A stretch of DNA of 64,000 nucleotides from Eledone cirrhosa. Taxonomy: Eukaryota. A program made the position numbers and the translations under genes. The stretch is taken from NCBI GenBank assembly GCA_964016885.1, contig CAXHJY010000482.1, positions 1 to 64,000 on the forward strand. The letters are read 5' to 3'. Numbering within the stretch: the stretch's first letter is position 1; each line of letters starts with the position of its first letter. The notes below the pieces were generated by a model, which was given only the letters and a program-made list of their open reading frames with translations, was not told the DNA's origin and made no database searches. Positions 20,904 through 32,079 of the stretch are shown piece after piece.

Positions 20904-20960
<57 letters not shown>

Positions 20961-20972
20961 ACACACACGCAC

Positions 20973-21005
<33 letters not shown>

Positions 21006-21075
21006 TACACACATACACACACACACATATATATACACGCACACGCACACATGCATTATACAGAGAAACAGACAG

Positions 21076-21119
<44 letters not shown>

Positions 21120-21132
21120 ACATATATAATAA

Positions 21133-21322
21133 TAATTGTTTCTACTTTTGGCACAAGGCCAGCAATTATCCAGTACATTACTGGTACTTTATTTTATCGA
21201 CCCCGTAAGGATGAAAAGCAAAGTTCACCTCGGCGGGGTTTGAACTCAGATCATAAAGGGCCGTAACTCTATGCTACAAAGCATGGCGTCCGACCCTCTA
21301 CCGATACTGCCAATCCACCGCC
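21133..21322 (-). mobile_element. Full-length tRNA-derived SINE
   Basis: Minus strand reads ggcggtggattggcagtatcggtagagg (A-box like) ... gagttcaaacc (B-box) ... gataaaataaagtaccagt ... gccaaaagtagaaacaatt. Confidence 0.85.
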
Positions 21323-21329
21323 CTCTCAA

Positions 21330-21540
21330 TGGTTTCTTATATAGGCACGAGGCCAACAATGTTGGGGGAGGGGAAAATCGATTAAATCGACCCCAGTCCG
21401 TGACTGGTACTTTATTTTATCAACCCCGTAAGGATGAAAGGCAAAGTTCACCTCGGCGGGGTTTGAACTCAGATCGTAAAGGGCCGTACCTCTATGCTGC
21501 AAAGCATGGCGTCCGTCCCTCTACCGATACTGCCAATCCA
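21330..21540 (-). mobile_element. tRNA-derived SINE, same head with a different 3' region
   Basis: Head and body match 21180-21320; the 3' part has ggggtcgatttaatcgatttt...ggcctcgtgcctata. Confidence 0.8.
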
Positions 21541-21683
21541 GATAATAATATTGAATCGAAGTCATCAGAAGAACCAGTGTATCTTCGATCGTTCTGTCAC
21601 CCACTCTCTGCCTTAATGAAGCCAGCCTCACTAGGATACCAACCAAAGAGGAAAGCAAAGTCTAAAAAAAAGTCTGTCTTAAG

Positions 21684-21945
21684 CCAGAAGAGGCATTTGG
21701 CCAGTGCTTATCCCCGGTTTCATGGCGTGAAGCGACTGAGAGAACAAGACTCCCCCCTGGACAGGACGCCAGTCCATCGCAGGGTTAAACCTCCAGCCAT
21801 TGCTGGTACTCATTTTCAGCTGAGTATACTGGAGCAACGTGAAATGAAGTGTTTTGCTCAAGAACACAACACACAACCCAGGAATCGAACCCAGGACATT
21901 ATGATCGTAAGTCCAACACTCTTACCACTAGGCCACGTGCCTCCA
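21684..21945 (-). mobile_element. tRNA(Arg)-derived SINE with conserved central domains (Meta-like plus V-like)
   Basis: Minus strand: ggaggcacgtggcctagtggtaag (A box), ACG anticodon loop, gggttcgattcc (B box), tgtgttcttgagcaaaacactt..ctcagctgaaaatgagtacc, then ccctgcgatggactggcgtcctgtccagggg (V-domain-like). Confidence 0.8.
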
Positions 21946-21946
21946 C

Positions 21947-21995
<49 letters not shown>

Positions 21996-22289
21996 GTTTA
22001 TATATACAGGTGTATATATATATATGCACTGGATCTACCAACTCATAATATTATAATATTATAAAATTAAATCAAACAAATTTTTAACACTACAAGTGAA
22101 GTCATTCTTTTCCTTTTTTTCAAATATATATATATATATATTGTTATACTTTGGGAGGGTCATGTTGCCAATAAGAAACACACGCACCAGTTGCTTTCAC
22201 TTCAATTTATTATAATAAATTTATAATAAATTTATAAATTTATAAATTTCTGGTTGGTTGGTTCCACAACCAGATAGTTGTTTATATAT

Positions 22290-22334
22290 AGTCATAGTTC
22301 TTTCGTCACACACTATGTGATCTCTTCAGTGACT
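22290..22334 (-). ncRNA. Minimal type-I hammerhead ribozyme (inverted arm copy)
   Basis: Reverse complement reads agtca CTGAAGA gatcac atagtgt gtgac GAAA gaac TA tgact. Confidence 0.72.
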
Positions 22335-22410
22335 GGGGATTCCTTTCTTTGTTTCTGTGCCTCTCCTTTGTTCTGTCCTACGCCATTTTGTTTCTGTGTG
22401 TGTGTTGTGT

Positions 22411-22635
22411 GAACACTGGCGAGACCTTCAAGATAATAAAGAATCATCTGTACTCTACCAACATGCTAAAATAGAACACAAGGGTAAATTAGAGAACATA
22501 GAAATAAAAATAGAATCTACACACAGAAAAGACGCAATGTTTAGACAAATTACAGAGGCAATAAACATAAAATAATTACAACCAAAATTAAATAGAAAAT
22601 ATGAGTGGAACAGCAACATCACAACTTACAATTAA
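22411..22635 (+). pseudogene. C-terminal half of Penelope-type GIY-YIG endonuclease
   Basis: EHWRDLQDNKESSVLYQHAKIEH...FRQITEAINIK*LQPKLNRKYEWN matches the PLE EN pattern EH..S.L..H...H...R.I.EA..I...P.LN; there is an internal stop at 22573-22575. Confidence 0.8.
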
Positions 22636-22835
22636 GGACAAAATGAAAACACACACACACATAGAACAAACAACCAACCAGTAACATGTAAATAAACAAA
22701 TAAATAAATGAACATAAACACACACAGACACCCGGATGTGACGCATGCGCAGACTGAGCACACAACACACACACAGAAACAAAATGGCGTAGGACAGAAC
22801 AAAGGAGAGGCACAGAAACAAAGAAAGGAATCCCC

Positions 22836-22880
22836 AGTCACTGAAGAGGTCACCGAGTGTGTGACGAAAGAACTATGACT
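22836..22880 (+). ncRNA. Minimal type-I hammerhead ribozyme
   Basis: agtca CTGAAGA g gtcac cgagtgt gtgac GAAA gaac TA tgact: stem I agtca/tgact, stem II gtcac/gtgac, minimal stem III, predicted cleavage after CUA. Confidence 0.8.
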
Positions 22881-23104
22881 ATATATAAACAACTATCTGG
22901 TTGTGGAACCAACCAACCAGAAATTTATAAATATATAAATTTATTATAAATTTATTATAATAAATTGAAGTGAAAGCAACTGGTGCGTGTGTTTCTTATT
23001 GGTAACATGACCCTCCCAAAGTATAACAATATCGGTTTCAACACACGATTTCAGATAATGAATCTTGCTAAACAAATTCAGAAACGAAATATATATATAT
23101 ATAT

Positions 23105-23230
23105 ATCAATATAAGCTTGTCTTTATTGACTTATATCGAGACAGACAAATTGTATTCACTTTAATTAGTTTATTTCATTGATAGCTAACTTTGTCTGTTG
23201 CAATGCAAACACGTTTTGTGTTTATCATAT
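23105..23230 (+). mobile_element. Short TA-inserted element family B; homologous to 50798-50940 in opposite orientation
   Basis: Reverse complement gataaacac..gtgtttg.a.tgcaa..gac.aagttagcta..actaattaaa..aataca.tttg.ctgtctcgat..tcaataaa.acaa.c..atattg aligns with 50798-50936. Confidence 0.7.
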
Positions 23231-23254
23231 ATATTAATGTATATATATATATAT

Positions 23255-23449
23255 TTATTAAAATAACAGATTAAAGTTTAAGCAAAGAAGTTTCAGAAGA
23301 TCCCGTTAGGGTGGAAGCAGCGATTCTTTGCTTAAACTTTAATCTGTTATTTTAATAAATATTTGCTCTACGGTTCTTATATATTTGATATATATTTATC
23401 CTTATCGAGCCCTCTTTGGATTTTAGTCTTCAAATTTATTATTATTGCT
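23255..23449 (+). mobile_element. Palindromic TA-inserted element family A
   Basis: Left arm atttattaaaataacagattaaagtttaagcaaagaa is the reverse complement of ttctttgcttaaactttaatctgttattttaataaat; the tail contains tcgagccct. Confidence 0.8.
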
Positions 23450-23769
23450 ATATATATATATATAATGTACTGAAGACACACATATATATATATATAATGT
23501 ACTAGAAGTTTTGTAGAATTATCCAAGAGTAAGAGCACTCTGTCTATAGGACAAGTTAAGTATAATTAGTTACAACAGTGAAATATAGAGGTACTGAAGT
23601 TTCGTTGGGTTATGCACAGCCTGTTATATGAAAAGAAAATAGCTACTTCCACAGGTTAGTAATTCATAGAATTTAAATTCCTTGAAATTAAGATTAGTTA
23701 GTCGGCTCTACACCATTTTCTCAGAAAGAATTTCGCTCCGTGTGGACATATATACATATCCATTCATAC

Positions 23770-24630
23770 GTATATACATACATAATATATACATACATAC
23801 GTATATACATAAAACATACACGCATACATACACAATATATACATACACACGTACATATATATATATAATTCATGCATACATAGGTACATACATACGTATA
23901 TACATAAAACATACATACATACACAATATATACATACACACGTACATATATATATATGATACATGCATACATAGGTACATACATACATACGTATATACAT
24001 AAAACATACATACATACCCAATATATACATACACACGTACATATATATATATATAATACATGCATACATAGGTACATACATACATACGTATATACATAAA
24101 ACATACATACATACCCAATATATACATACACACGTACATATATATATATATAATACATGCATACATAGGTACATACATGCATAGGTATATACATAAGACA
24201 TACATACATACACCATATATACATACACACGTACATATATATATAATACATGCATACATAGGTACATACATGCATAGGTATATACATAAGACATACATAC
24301 ACACACCATATATACATACACACGTACATATATATATAATACATGCATACATAGGTACATACATACATACGTATATACATAAAACATACATACATACACA
24401 ATATATACATACACACGTACATATATATATAATACATGCATACATAGGTACATACATACATACGTATATACATAAAACATACATACATACACATATATAT
24501 ACATACACACGTACATATATATAATACATGCATACATAGGTACATACATACATACGTATATACATAAAACATACATACATACACAATATATACATACACA
24601 CGTACATATATATAATACATGCATACATAT
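23770..24630. repeat. CATA-derived minisatellite, ~90-97-bp unit (..acacgtacatatat..atacatgcatacataggtacata..cataaaacata..)
   Basis: taggtacata marker at ~23881, 23972, 24069 and onward; about 9 units. Confidence 0.9.
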
Positions 24631-24781
24631 ATATATATATATATACATATGTGTGTATGTATTATCTATACATACATACCTATACAATACATACAAGCAT
24701 ACATACATACATGATGATGGCGTCCTCCTCATTACCGAGTATGGAAATTGCACAATATAATATTATTAATGATTATTAATT

Positions 24782-25281
24782 AGGCAGTATCGATCTGATC
24801 TGAATTCAAATCCCGCCGAGGTTGACTTTGCCTTTCATCCTTACGGGGTCGATAAAATAAAGTACCAGTAATGCACTGGGTTATTGCTGGCCTTGTGCCT
24901 AAAGTAGAGACAATTAATTAGGCAGTATCGGTAGAGGGACGGACGCCATGCTTTCCAGCATAGTTACGTCCCTTTACAGTCTGAGTTCAAATCCCGCCGA
25001 GGTTGACTTTGCCTTTCATCCTTACGGGGTCGATAAAATAAAGTACCAGTAATGCACTGGGTAATTGCTGGCCTTGTGCCTAAAGTAGAGACAATTAATT
25101 AGGCAGTATCGGTAGAGGGACGGACGCCATGCTTTCCAGCATAGTTACGTCCCTTTACAGTCTGAGTTCAAATCCCGCCGAGGTTGACTTTGCCTTTCAT
25201 CCTTACGAGGTCGATAAAATAAAGTACCAGTAATGCACTGGGTAATTTGCTGGCCTTGTGCCTAAAATAGAAACAATTAAT
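24782..25281 (+). mobile_element. Three head-to-tail copies of the tRNA-derived SINE
   Basis: Copies start aggcagtatcg at ~24782 (internally deleted), ~24920 and ~25101, each followed by acaattaatt. Confidence 0.9.
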
Positions 25282-25390
25282 TAATTCTATCGTGCAATGC
25301 TTGCGCGTGAAAACTGTGCACTGAGCCAATCCCACTCTCTGAGCGACAGTAGCTATAACCCGAAAAGAAGAAAAGATCAACATCATAACT

Positions 25391-25530
25391 ACTGAGCCGC
25401 AGGTTTTATGTCGGAGTTATCCCAGTTTCCTGAGTTGCCTTCTCCTAGAAGAATGCCCTGACAAAGGCTAGGGGTCCTTCACTCCCAGTGGTTTAACCGC
25501 GTGATCGGGTATCCAGCCCGATTATTTCTA
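25391..25530 (-). mobile_element. Probable RTE-clade LINE 5' UTR fragment (structured)
   Basis: Minus strand aaggacccctagcctttgtcagggcattcttctaggagaaggcaactc resembles the ..ctaggagaagg.aactc motif recalled from RTE 5' UTRs. It has an aagg/cctt stem and cctag/ctagg pseudoknot potential. Confidence 0.35.
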
Positions 25531-25656
25531 TGTCGCCGCGCATATACATACACATGCACCCATGTATATACATCGACAGTCGATTGACTTCCGCCAAATC
25601 GCACCGTTGGTCTTTCCAATTGCTAATACTATCTATCGGTCGCAACTCCAGGTAGA

Positions 25657-25780
25657 AGGAGCAACGTGAAATAAAGTGTCTTGCCCAAGGGCATCACGCA
25701 TCACCCGGTTTTGGGAATCGAACTCACAACCTTACGTTTTCGAATCCAATTATCTAACCACTCAGCCACGCGCCTTCACA
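25657..25780 (-). mobile_element. 5' part of tRNA(Arg)-derived SINE (same family as 21684-21945)
   Basis: Minus strand gaaggcgcgtggctgagtggttag..ttcgaa..gagttcgattcc..tgcccttgggcaagacactttatttcacgttgctcc. Confidence 0.75.
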
Positions 25781-25822
<42 letters not shown>

Positions 25823-25896
25823 CATACACACACACACATAATACATACATACACATATATATATACACACATATATATATACACACATATATACGT

Positions 25897-25996
<100 letters not shown>

Positions 25997-26677
25997 GTGC
26001 GCGCAAACACACTAATATACACACTCGAATAAAAACAAACAACCGCCAAATATCCCAAAATAAAAAAAAATGTCGTAAATATGAAAACAGTATGACGTCA
26101 TTGTTTATTTCCGGCGGGAAACTTTAGAAATGTGTTAGACAAGAGTATTTTAGAATTTAATGCGATACATGGTATCTAAATCAAACAACAATAACGACAA
26201 CAAAAGCTAATAGACATAACAACAACAACAACACTAACAATAATAATGATAATAATAAAGACGATGATGATAATATTAATAATAATAAGAAGAAGAAGAA
26301 GAGGAAGAAGAAGAGGAAGAAAAAGGACAATAACAGCGTATAATGGCGGAGTGATTTCACTTTTAAAAATAAATTTAAAATGGAAGAAAAACCTAAATTG
26401 AAAAAAAAATGGGGATTTTCCAATCTTCGGTAATAAAGGGAAAACTATATATAATGTCTTTATTGTATATATATGTATATACATACATACATATATATAT
26501 ATATAAATACACACATATGATATTATATGCGTATATATATATATTATATTTTTGTCTATATATATATATGATGTCATATTTCTCTCTCTCTATATATATC
26601 TATCTATATCTATGCATATATATATATATATATATATATATACACGTGTATGTATGTATGTGTGTGTAATATGTGTC

Positions 26678-26731
<54 letters not shown>

Positions 26732-26904
26732 CGTGTGTGTGTGTACGTGAAAGAAATCGATCGGTTTGTGTTTAGAAGCTTTTTAAAACTAAACCTGGCG
26801 GCTGAATTGCATCTAATGACTTGCTTCTATGACATAGTTTGGTGGTACATTCCTGTTTTTTTAAAATAGATTCTCTCTGTGTGTGTTTCTCTTGCTTTGA
26901 TTTG

Positions 26905-27500
26905 ACTAAGAAGCAATAGAAGAAGATATGAAAGAAGAAGAAGGAGAAATGGAAGGAGAAAATGAAGGAGAAGGAGAAAGAGAGAACTAAGGAGAAAAAG
27001 AAGACGAAGTAGGACAAGGAGAACTGGAAAAAGAGAAAAGTAGACGAAGAAGAAAAGGAAGAAGAAAATGAAGGTAAAGAAGAAGACGAATAAGAAGAAA
27101 AGGAAAAAGTAATAGGAGAAAGAATAATAGATGACGACGGGGAGGAGGAAGAGTAGAAAAAAGGAAGAAGATGACATAAGAAGAAGAGAAAGAAGACAGA
27201 TGAAGAAGTAGACAGAAGACGAAGAGGAAAAGAGAAAGAAAAGGCGAAGAAAAAGAAAGAGAAGAATTGGAACGAGAAGAAAAAGAAGCAGAAAATGGAA
27301 TGGAAGATGACGACAAAGAAGACGAAGATGACGACATGGAAGGAGAGGAGAGGAGAAGAAAAAGAAGATAGAAAGTGAAGAATGTGAAAAAGAAGAAATG
27401 GAAAAAGATGGAGTGGAAGAAGAAATAATGGAAGAAGATGAAGACGAAGAAGAAGATGATGACGAAATAGAAGAAGAAGAAGAAGAAGAAGAAAGAAAAT
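26905..27500. repeat. Purine-rich degenerate (GAA)n tract
   Basis: Direct reading. Confidence 0.85.
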
Positions 27501-27974
27501 GGCGATGTATCGCGTTAAAAATCTCTAAGCAGCGACACCATTGTTCGTCAATTGTAATATGATGAACTAAAAAAAGAAAAAAAGAAAAACAACGAACAAA
27601 TATAAGAAAAACAAACAAAGGAAAGAGAAGAAAACAAATTAAATAAAACCACAAACAATAACAACAAAAACAGGAAGTTATCATGGAGAAAAATGGCGGG
27701 AAAAAACCGGAAACAATAAATGAAACCAACAAACAAAATGGCAGATAAAGGAAAAATAATTGGAATTGCAGAAATGTCGGGATACTGTTGTTGTTTTTAC
27801 TCTCTCAAGACTTTGAAGTTTTTGAAATTCTTTAGACGGTCTCATGTTCCATACTCTGTGAATGAATTCTTAGACGTAAGCATGGCCGAACGCTTACGAC
27901 ATTCCGTTTGTAATCTTAAGCTACCGGGTTCGAGCCCATGTTAGTCGTTAGCTAACATTATTTTAGTTGTGGTG

Positions 27975-28365
27975 ATTGGCAGGTGGATTGGCAGTATCGG
28001 TAGAGGGTCGGACGCCATGCTTTCCAGCATAGTTACGTCCCTTTACGATCTGAGTTCAAATCCCGCCGAGGTTGACTTTGCCTTTCATCCTTGCGGGGTC
28101 GATAAAATAAAGTACCAGTAATGTACTGGGTAATTGCTGGCCTTGTGCCAAAGGTAGAAACAATTATTTTAGTTGTGGTGAATTGGCAATATCGGTAGAT
28201 TGTCGGACACCATGCTTCGCAGCATAGAGTTATGGTCCTTTACGTTCTAAGTTCAAATTCCGGCGAGGTTTGATTTTCCCTTCATCCTTACGAGGTCGAT
28301 AAAATAAAGTACCAGTAATACACTGTGATAATTGCTGGCCTTGTGCTAAAAGTAGAAACAATTAT
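27975..28365 (+). mobile_element. Two adjacent tRNA-derived SINE copies; the first has a 19-bp TSD (attattttagttgtggtga)
   Basis: Copies at ~27975-28165 and ~28182-28365; the TSD lies at ~27957 and ~28163. Confidence 0.88.
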
Positions 28366-28437
28366 CATTAACGCTGTTGTTGTTGTTGCTGTGCGTGTTG
28401 TTTTTTTAAATTTTTATCGCTGAATCCAAAAGAATAT

Positions 28438-28588
28438 AATTGTTTCGACTTTTGGCACAAGGCCAGCAATTATCTCAGTACATTACTGGTACATTATTTT
28501 ATCGACCCCGTAAGGATGAAAGGCAAAGTTAACCTCAACGGGATTTGAACTCAGACCGTAAAGGGACGTAACTGTGCTGGAAAGCATA
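28438..28588 (-). mobile_element. 5'-truncated tRNA-derived SINE flanked by a ~65-bp direct repeat
   Basis: Reverse complement of the SINE body; flanks ..gttgctgtg.gt...tcgctgaatccaaaa.aatataatt at ~28376-28441 and ~28589-28653. Confidence 0.8.
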
Positions 28589-28997
28589 GTTGCCGTTGCT
28601 GTTGCTGTGTGTTTTTCCTTTTTTTTTCTCGCTGAATCCAAAACAATATAATTCAATAAATTTAAGAATTCCTTATTTTCTGGGAATTCCACAGAAATTT
28701 ATGAAACCAAAGCTGTAGTTTTTTTAGTTTTTATTTTCATTATTTCACCAAATAGAGTCCCATGAATTTCCTTCCAAACTTCCGGTCCCGTGAACCTCAG
28801 TTTCTATCATTCTTTTTTCATTTTTCACACTTTTCCTTCCTTCCGTCATGCTCTTGTCACCTATAGTTCTCATCAAACCATTTCCAGGACTCCCGAATTC
28901 TTCGTTTTTTTCTTATTTCGTAATTTCCTTCATTCTTTCGTTATTTCTTTAGTTCTTATTGTCTTTCTTTCAATAAATTCCTTTAATCAAACTATTC

Positions 28998-29140
28998 AGT
29001 CATGTGGCGTAGTTGTTAGGGTATTCGGCTCACTATAGTAAGGTCGAGAATTCGATTTCGAAATATCAATCAGCTCGTTGTGGTCTACTCGTTAGGGTTT
29101 ACGGCTCACTATAATAAGGTCGAGAATTCGATTTCGAAAT
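28998..29140 (+). mobile_element. Two degenerate tRNA-like SINE heads in tandem
   Basis: gtggcgtagttgttagggt..cggctcactata.taaggtcgagaattcgatttcgaaata is duplicated; A-box-like and B-box-like motifs are present. Confidence 0.5.
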
Positions 29141-29543
29141 ACCGAGCACCTCACAGGGTTTGTATCTGTCTGAAGCTAACTCGGCTCCGATCGTAATGAA
29201 TACGGATGTGTTCCGGGGGCCCAAGAACGCCGAAAAACTCCACTGATATAGACACCATAACAAACCTATCAGAGAGCGGTAAATACTGGGACAGTGTGCT
29301 CTCTTCGGCCTGGCGGGCAGCAAAGTCTTGGCTGGTAACCAAACGTACCAGACAGCAAGTAGAGAAGGTATCACATACAAAAAAATCGTTAATTATTTCT
29401 CCTAAACTGTGCCTAGGAGGGGTTTTTCCATTTAGAGAAAAAGATGCGAAAATGGATACGTGTACGAAAACAGTTTTACATATTCTTAAATGTTTTACAA
29501 GCAAAAGAAAGTTTAGAAACGACTGCTCAAGTCACATAAATGT

Positions 29544-29593
<50 letters not shown>

Positions 29594-29681
29594 ATACATA
29601 CAAACATTATATATATATATATATATATATATATGCATACAAACAAACATTATATATATAGTCTTCAAAATTTATTATTAT

Positions 29682-29745
<64 letters not shown>

Positions 29746-29870
29746 CTATACATGGTATGTCGCCATATAGATGCCATTCATATGAGATCTTCTCAATAAA
29801 CATTGATGGGGATGGGTTGGGGGAGTTCCTTAGCTCACAACATCCATATATATATATATATATATATATA

Positions 29871-30104
29871 TAGGAAAAGAGGCAGGATCCCGACAAGTCC
29901 GATCTAGCTATCGAAACGGCCGGAGCTCAGCCGTTATAGGAAAAGAGTCAGGACCCCGACGGCTGAGCTCTGTCCGTTTCGATAGCTAGATCCGAACTTG
30001 TCGGGGTCCTAACTCTTTTCCTTCCTATTACCCACTCTACTACCTTAAATATCGAGTACTCTGGTGCGTTATGGTCCGCCTGGTTTCTTACCACACTTTC
30101 TTTG

Positions 30105-30107
<3 letters not shown>
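29871..30107 (+). mobile_element. Fold-back TA-inserted element family C (nested inverted segments)
   Basis: aggaaaagag.caggaccccgac / gtcggggtcctaactcttttcct inverted repeats; the tail ttacccactctactacc..tcgagtact.tggtgcgttatggtc is shared with 33235, 54942 and 62848. Confidence 0.8.
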
Positions 30108-30139
<32 letters not shown>

Positions 30140-30144
<5 letters not shown>

Positions 30145-30245
30145 ATATTTGGGGAGGGTCATATTGTTATAATATTGCGAGAAATAATAATAAAACACAG
30201 AAAACACACTGTGTGGTCTGGATTGGTTTTCGCTTCTATATCTTT
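30140..30245 (-). mobile_element. Short insert beginning with the Penelope terminus (ttgttata.tt.gggagggtcat)
   Basis: The first ~30 bp match 22141-22170 and 45133-45160; flanked by (TA)n. Confidence 0.55.
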
Positions 30246-30276
<31 letters not shown>

Positions 30277-30350
30277 TTATGTATATATGTGTGTGTGAGC
30301 GTATAATATGTAAATACATACATACATACATACATACATACATACATACA

Positions 30351-30384
<34 letters not shown>

Positions 30385-30395
30385 CATATATATAT

Positions 30396-30825
30396 AGTTT
30401 TAATATAGATGAGATTCTACAGCACTAGAACTGTTTCATTCTTTAGAAATCATCAGGAATCTGGGTATCAAAAAATAAATATGGTATTTATAGGTCTCTT
30501 CAGGTGGTAGGAGAGGGTAGGGAGTGGGATGGGTAGAGGTCATTGGTTGATAGAAAAGGGAATTCATTAAAACCTAATTCTTTAAAGCTATAATTTATAT
30601 TTAGAGTAACAAAGGCAGAAAGAATTCTATAAACAAGTTCAGAATGGGGTGCCACTCCTTATTTTTAAGTTTCTTTTATCTTTTGATACCCAGATTCCTG
30701 ATGAGTTCTAAAGAATGAAACAGTTCTAGTGCTTTAGAATCTCATCTATATTAAAACTTTTATACTCTGCTATGTATTGAGTACCTTACGTACTGTGGTT
30801 ACCTCCGATTCAACCCGGAATAACG
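30396..30825 (+). mobile_element. Palindromic hammerhead-bearing element family D in (TA)n
   Basis: Inverted arms 30396-30473 and 30681-30758; the tail carries ttgagtacc at 30777. Confidence 0.82.
30692..30742 (+). ncRNA. Type-I hammerhead ribozyme motif (inverted copy at 30412-30462)
   Basis: agattc CTGATGA gttct aa agaat GAAA cagttctagtgct(t/g)TA gaatct: stem I agattc/gaatct. The minus copy has intact stem III (cag/ctg, GUA site); each copy has one destabilising change. Confidence 0.72.
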
Positions 30826-30844
30826 TATATATATATATATATAT

Positions 30845-31132
30845 ACAGAGGTATCCACTGTAAGTTGTGGGGTCTATTCTGTATGAAGAACTCAATGTAA
30901 TCCATATGTTGAAAATGTTGTAGGTTAAGATAAATCTCAGATAAATCTCATTGCTTTTGAAAACAGCTGGTGATATGCATGTAAGTAAATATTCTCTCTA
31001 TCTGATAGTTTGTAAACTTACATAGATCAATAACTGAGTATAGATACAATGTATTATCACCATCTAGAAATGATCGTAAAGCAGTGAAGTAATCTCTAAT
31101 GACTTGATTTTTTATTTCATTGTTTTAACTTA
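30845..31132. mobile_element. Diverged chimeric copy of family E (see 31566-32022)
   Basis: 30845-30920 matches the reverse complement of 31945-32020 (ggtcta...gtat.aagaactcaatgtaatcc.tatgt.gaa.atgt). 31018-31130 matches 31759-31870 (tacatagatcaataa..agaaa.gatcgtaaa..atttcattgttttaa). Confidence 0.7.
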
Positions 31133-31162
31133 TATTATATATATATATATATGTATATATAT

Positions 31163-31534
31163 ATTAAAATAACAGATTAAAGTTTAAGCAAATGATCACT
31201 GCTTATATTCATTATGCAGAAACAACATCTGAATATTTCTACAAAGAACATACCCGTACCAAGCAGGAAAACATACCTAAAACGCCTACGAACCAAAGTA
31301 TCATCTTCCTATCTTCCTCCGGTTGCAACGTTTTTCGAAATATTTACTTCTGCGTTCACAGATTGATTTTTTTTTTAGTTTCAGAAGATCCCGTTAAGGG
31401 TGAAAGCAGCGATTCTTTGCTTAAACTTTAATCTGTTATTTTAATAAATATTTGCTCTACGGTTCTTATATATTTGATATATATTTATCCTTATCGAGCC
31501 CTCTTTGGATTTTAATCTTCAAATTTATTATTAT

Positions 31535-31540
<6 letters not shown>
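31163..31540 (+). mobile_element. Longest copy of palindromic family A
   Basis: Short inverted left arm 31163-31192, an internal region, cagaagatcccgttaagggtgaaagc (hammerhead-like variant), and the family A tail. Confidence 0.78.
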
Positions 31541-31565
<25 letters not shown>

Positions 31566-31569
<4 letters not shown>

Positions 31570-32018
31570 TTAAAACAATGAAATTAAAGACAAAACTGTT
31601 AATTCATAGTAAAACACATTATTTTACGATCGTTTCTGGGGGGGGGGGGTAGTCGTCTGCATGTTCATTTAATTATTGATCTATGTATTATTTCTGAAGA
31701 CGGCGCGTAGTGAAGACGTATGTATTCTTTTCTCACTATGATATTTTGTAATATGTTTTACATAGATCAATAATTAAATGAACATGCAGAGGACTACCCC
31801 CCAGAAACGATCGTAAAAGAATGTGTTTTACTATGAATTAACAGTTTTGTGTTTAATTTCATTGTTTTAATATTTCTATTTTGACTCTGTATCCAATTGA
31901 ATTATATCGTTGATAAAAAAATGTTTGTATTTTAAACTTTGCTTCACGACATCTTCTACATACGGATTACATTGAGTTCTTTATACGGTTTAGACCCTGC
32001 CGTTGAGTGGTAGATTTA

Positions 32019-32022
<4 letters not shown>
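31566..32022 (+). mobile_element. Palindromic element family E in (TA)n
   Basis: Inverted arms 31566-31687 and 31759-31874; contains CAGA(C/G)GA...GAAAcgatcgTA. Confidence 0.8.
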
Positions 32023-32073
<51 letters not shown>

Positions 32074-32079
32074 ATATAT

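Larger units (their letters stand above)
22141..23089 (+). mobile_element. 5'-truncated Penelope-like element with inverted pseudo-LTR, inserted in (TA)n
   Basis: Inverted arms 22141-22410 and 22759-23030, a GIY-YIG remnant between them, a hammerhead in each arm, and (TA)n on both flanks. Confidence 0.88.

Noticed and set aside
21555-21590. CTGATGA on the minus strand as a hammerhead
   Set aside because: No stem II or GAAA at a suitable distance.
21870-21945. Functional tRNA-Arg gene (also tRNA-like stretches at 25700-25780, 27875-27945 and 28998-29060)
   Set aside because: The acceptor stems are incomplete and the heads run into SINE bodies or are degenerate, so these are treated as SINE heads.
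26827-27732. 301-aa Phe/Leu/Ser-rich membrane-like ORF or an acidic plus-strand protein
   Set aside because: This is a degenerate (GAA)n tract; the plus-strand frames contain frequent stops.
29206-29661. 151-aa ORF as a host exon
   Set aside because: It has no recognisable domain, starts at GTG, runs into (TA)n and follows SINE-like heads; there is insufficient support.
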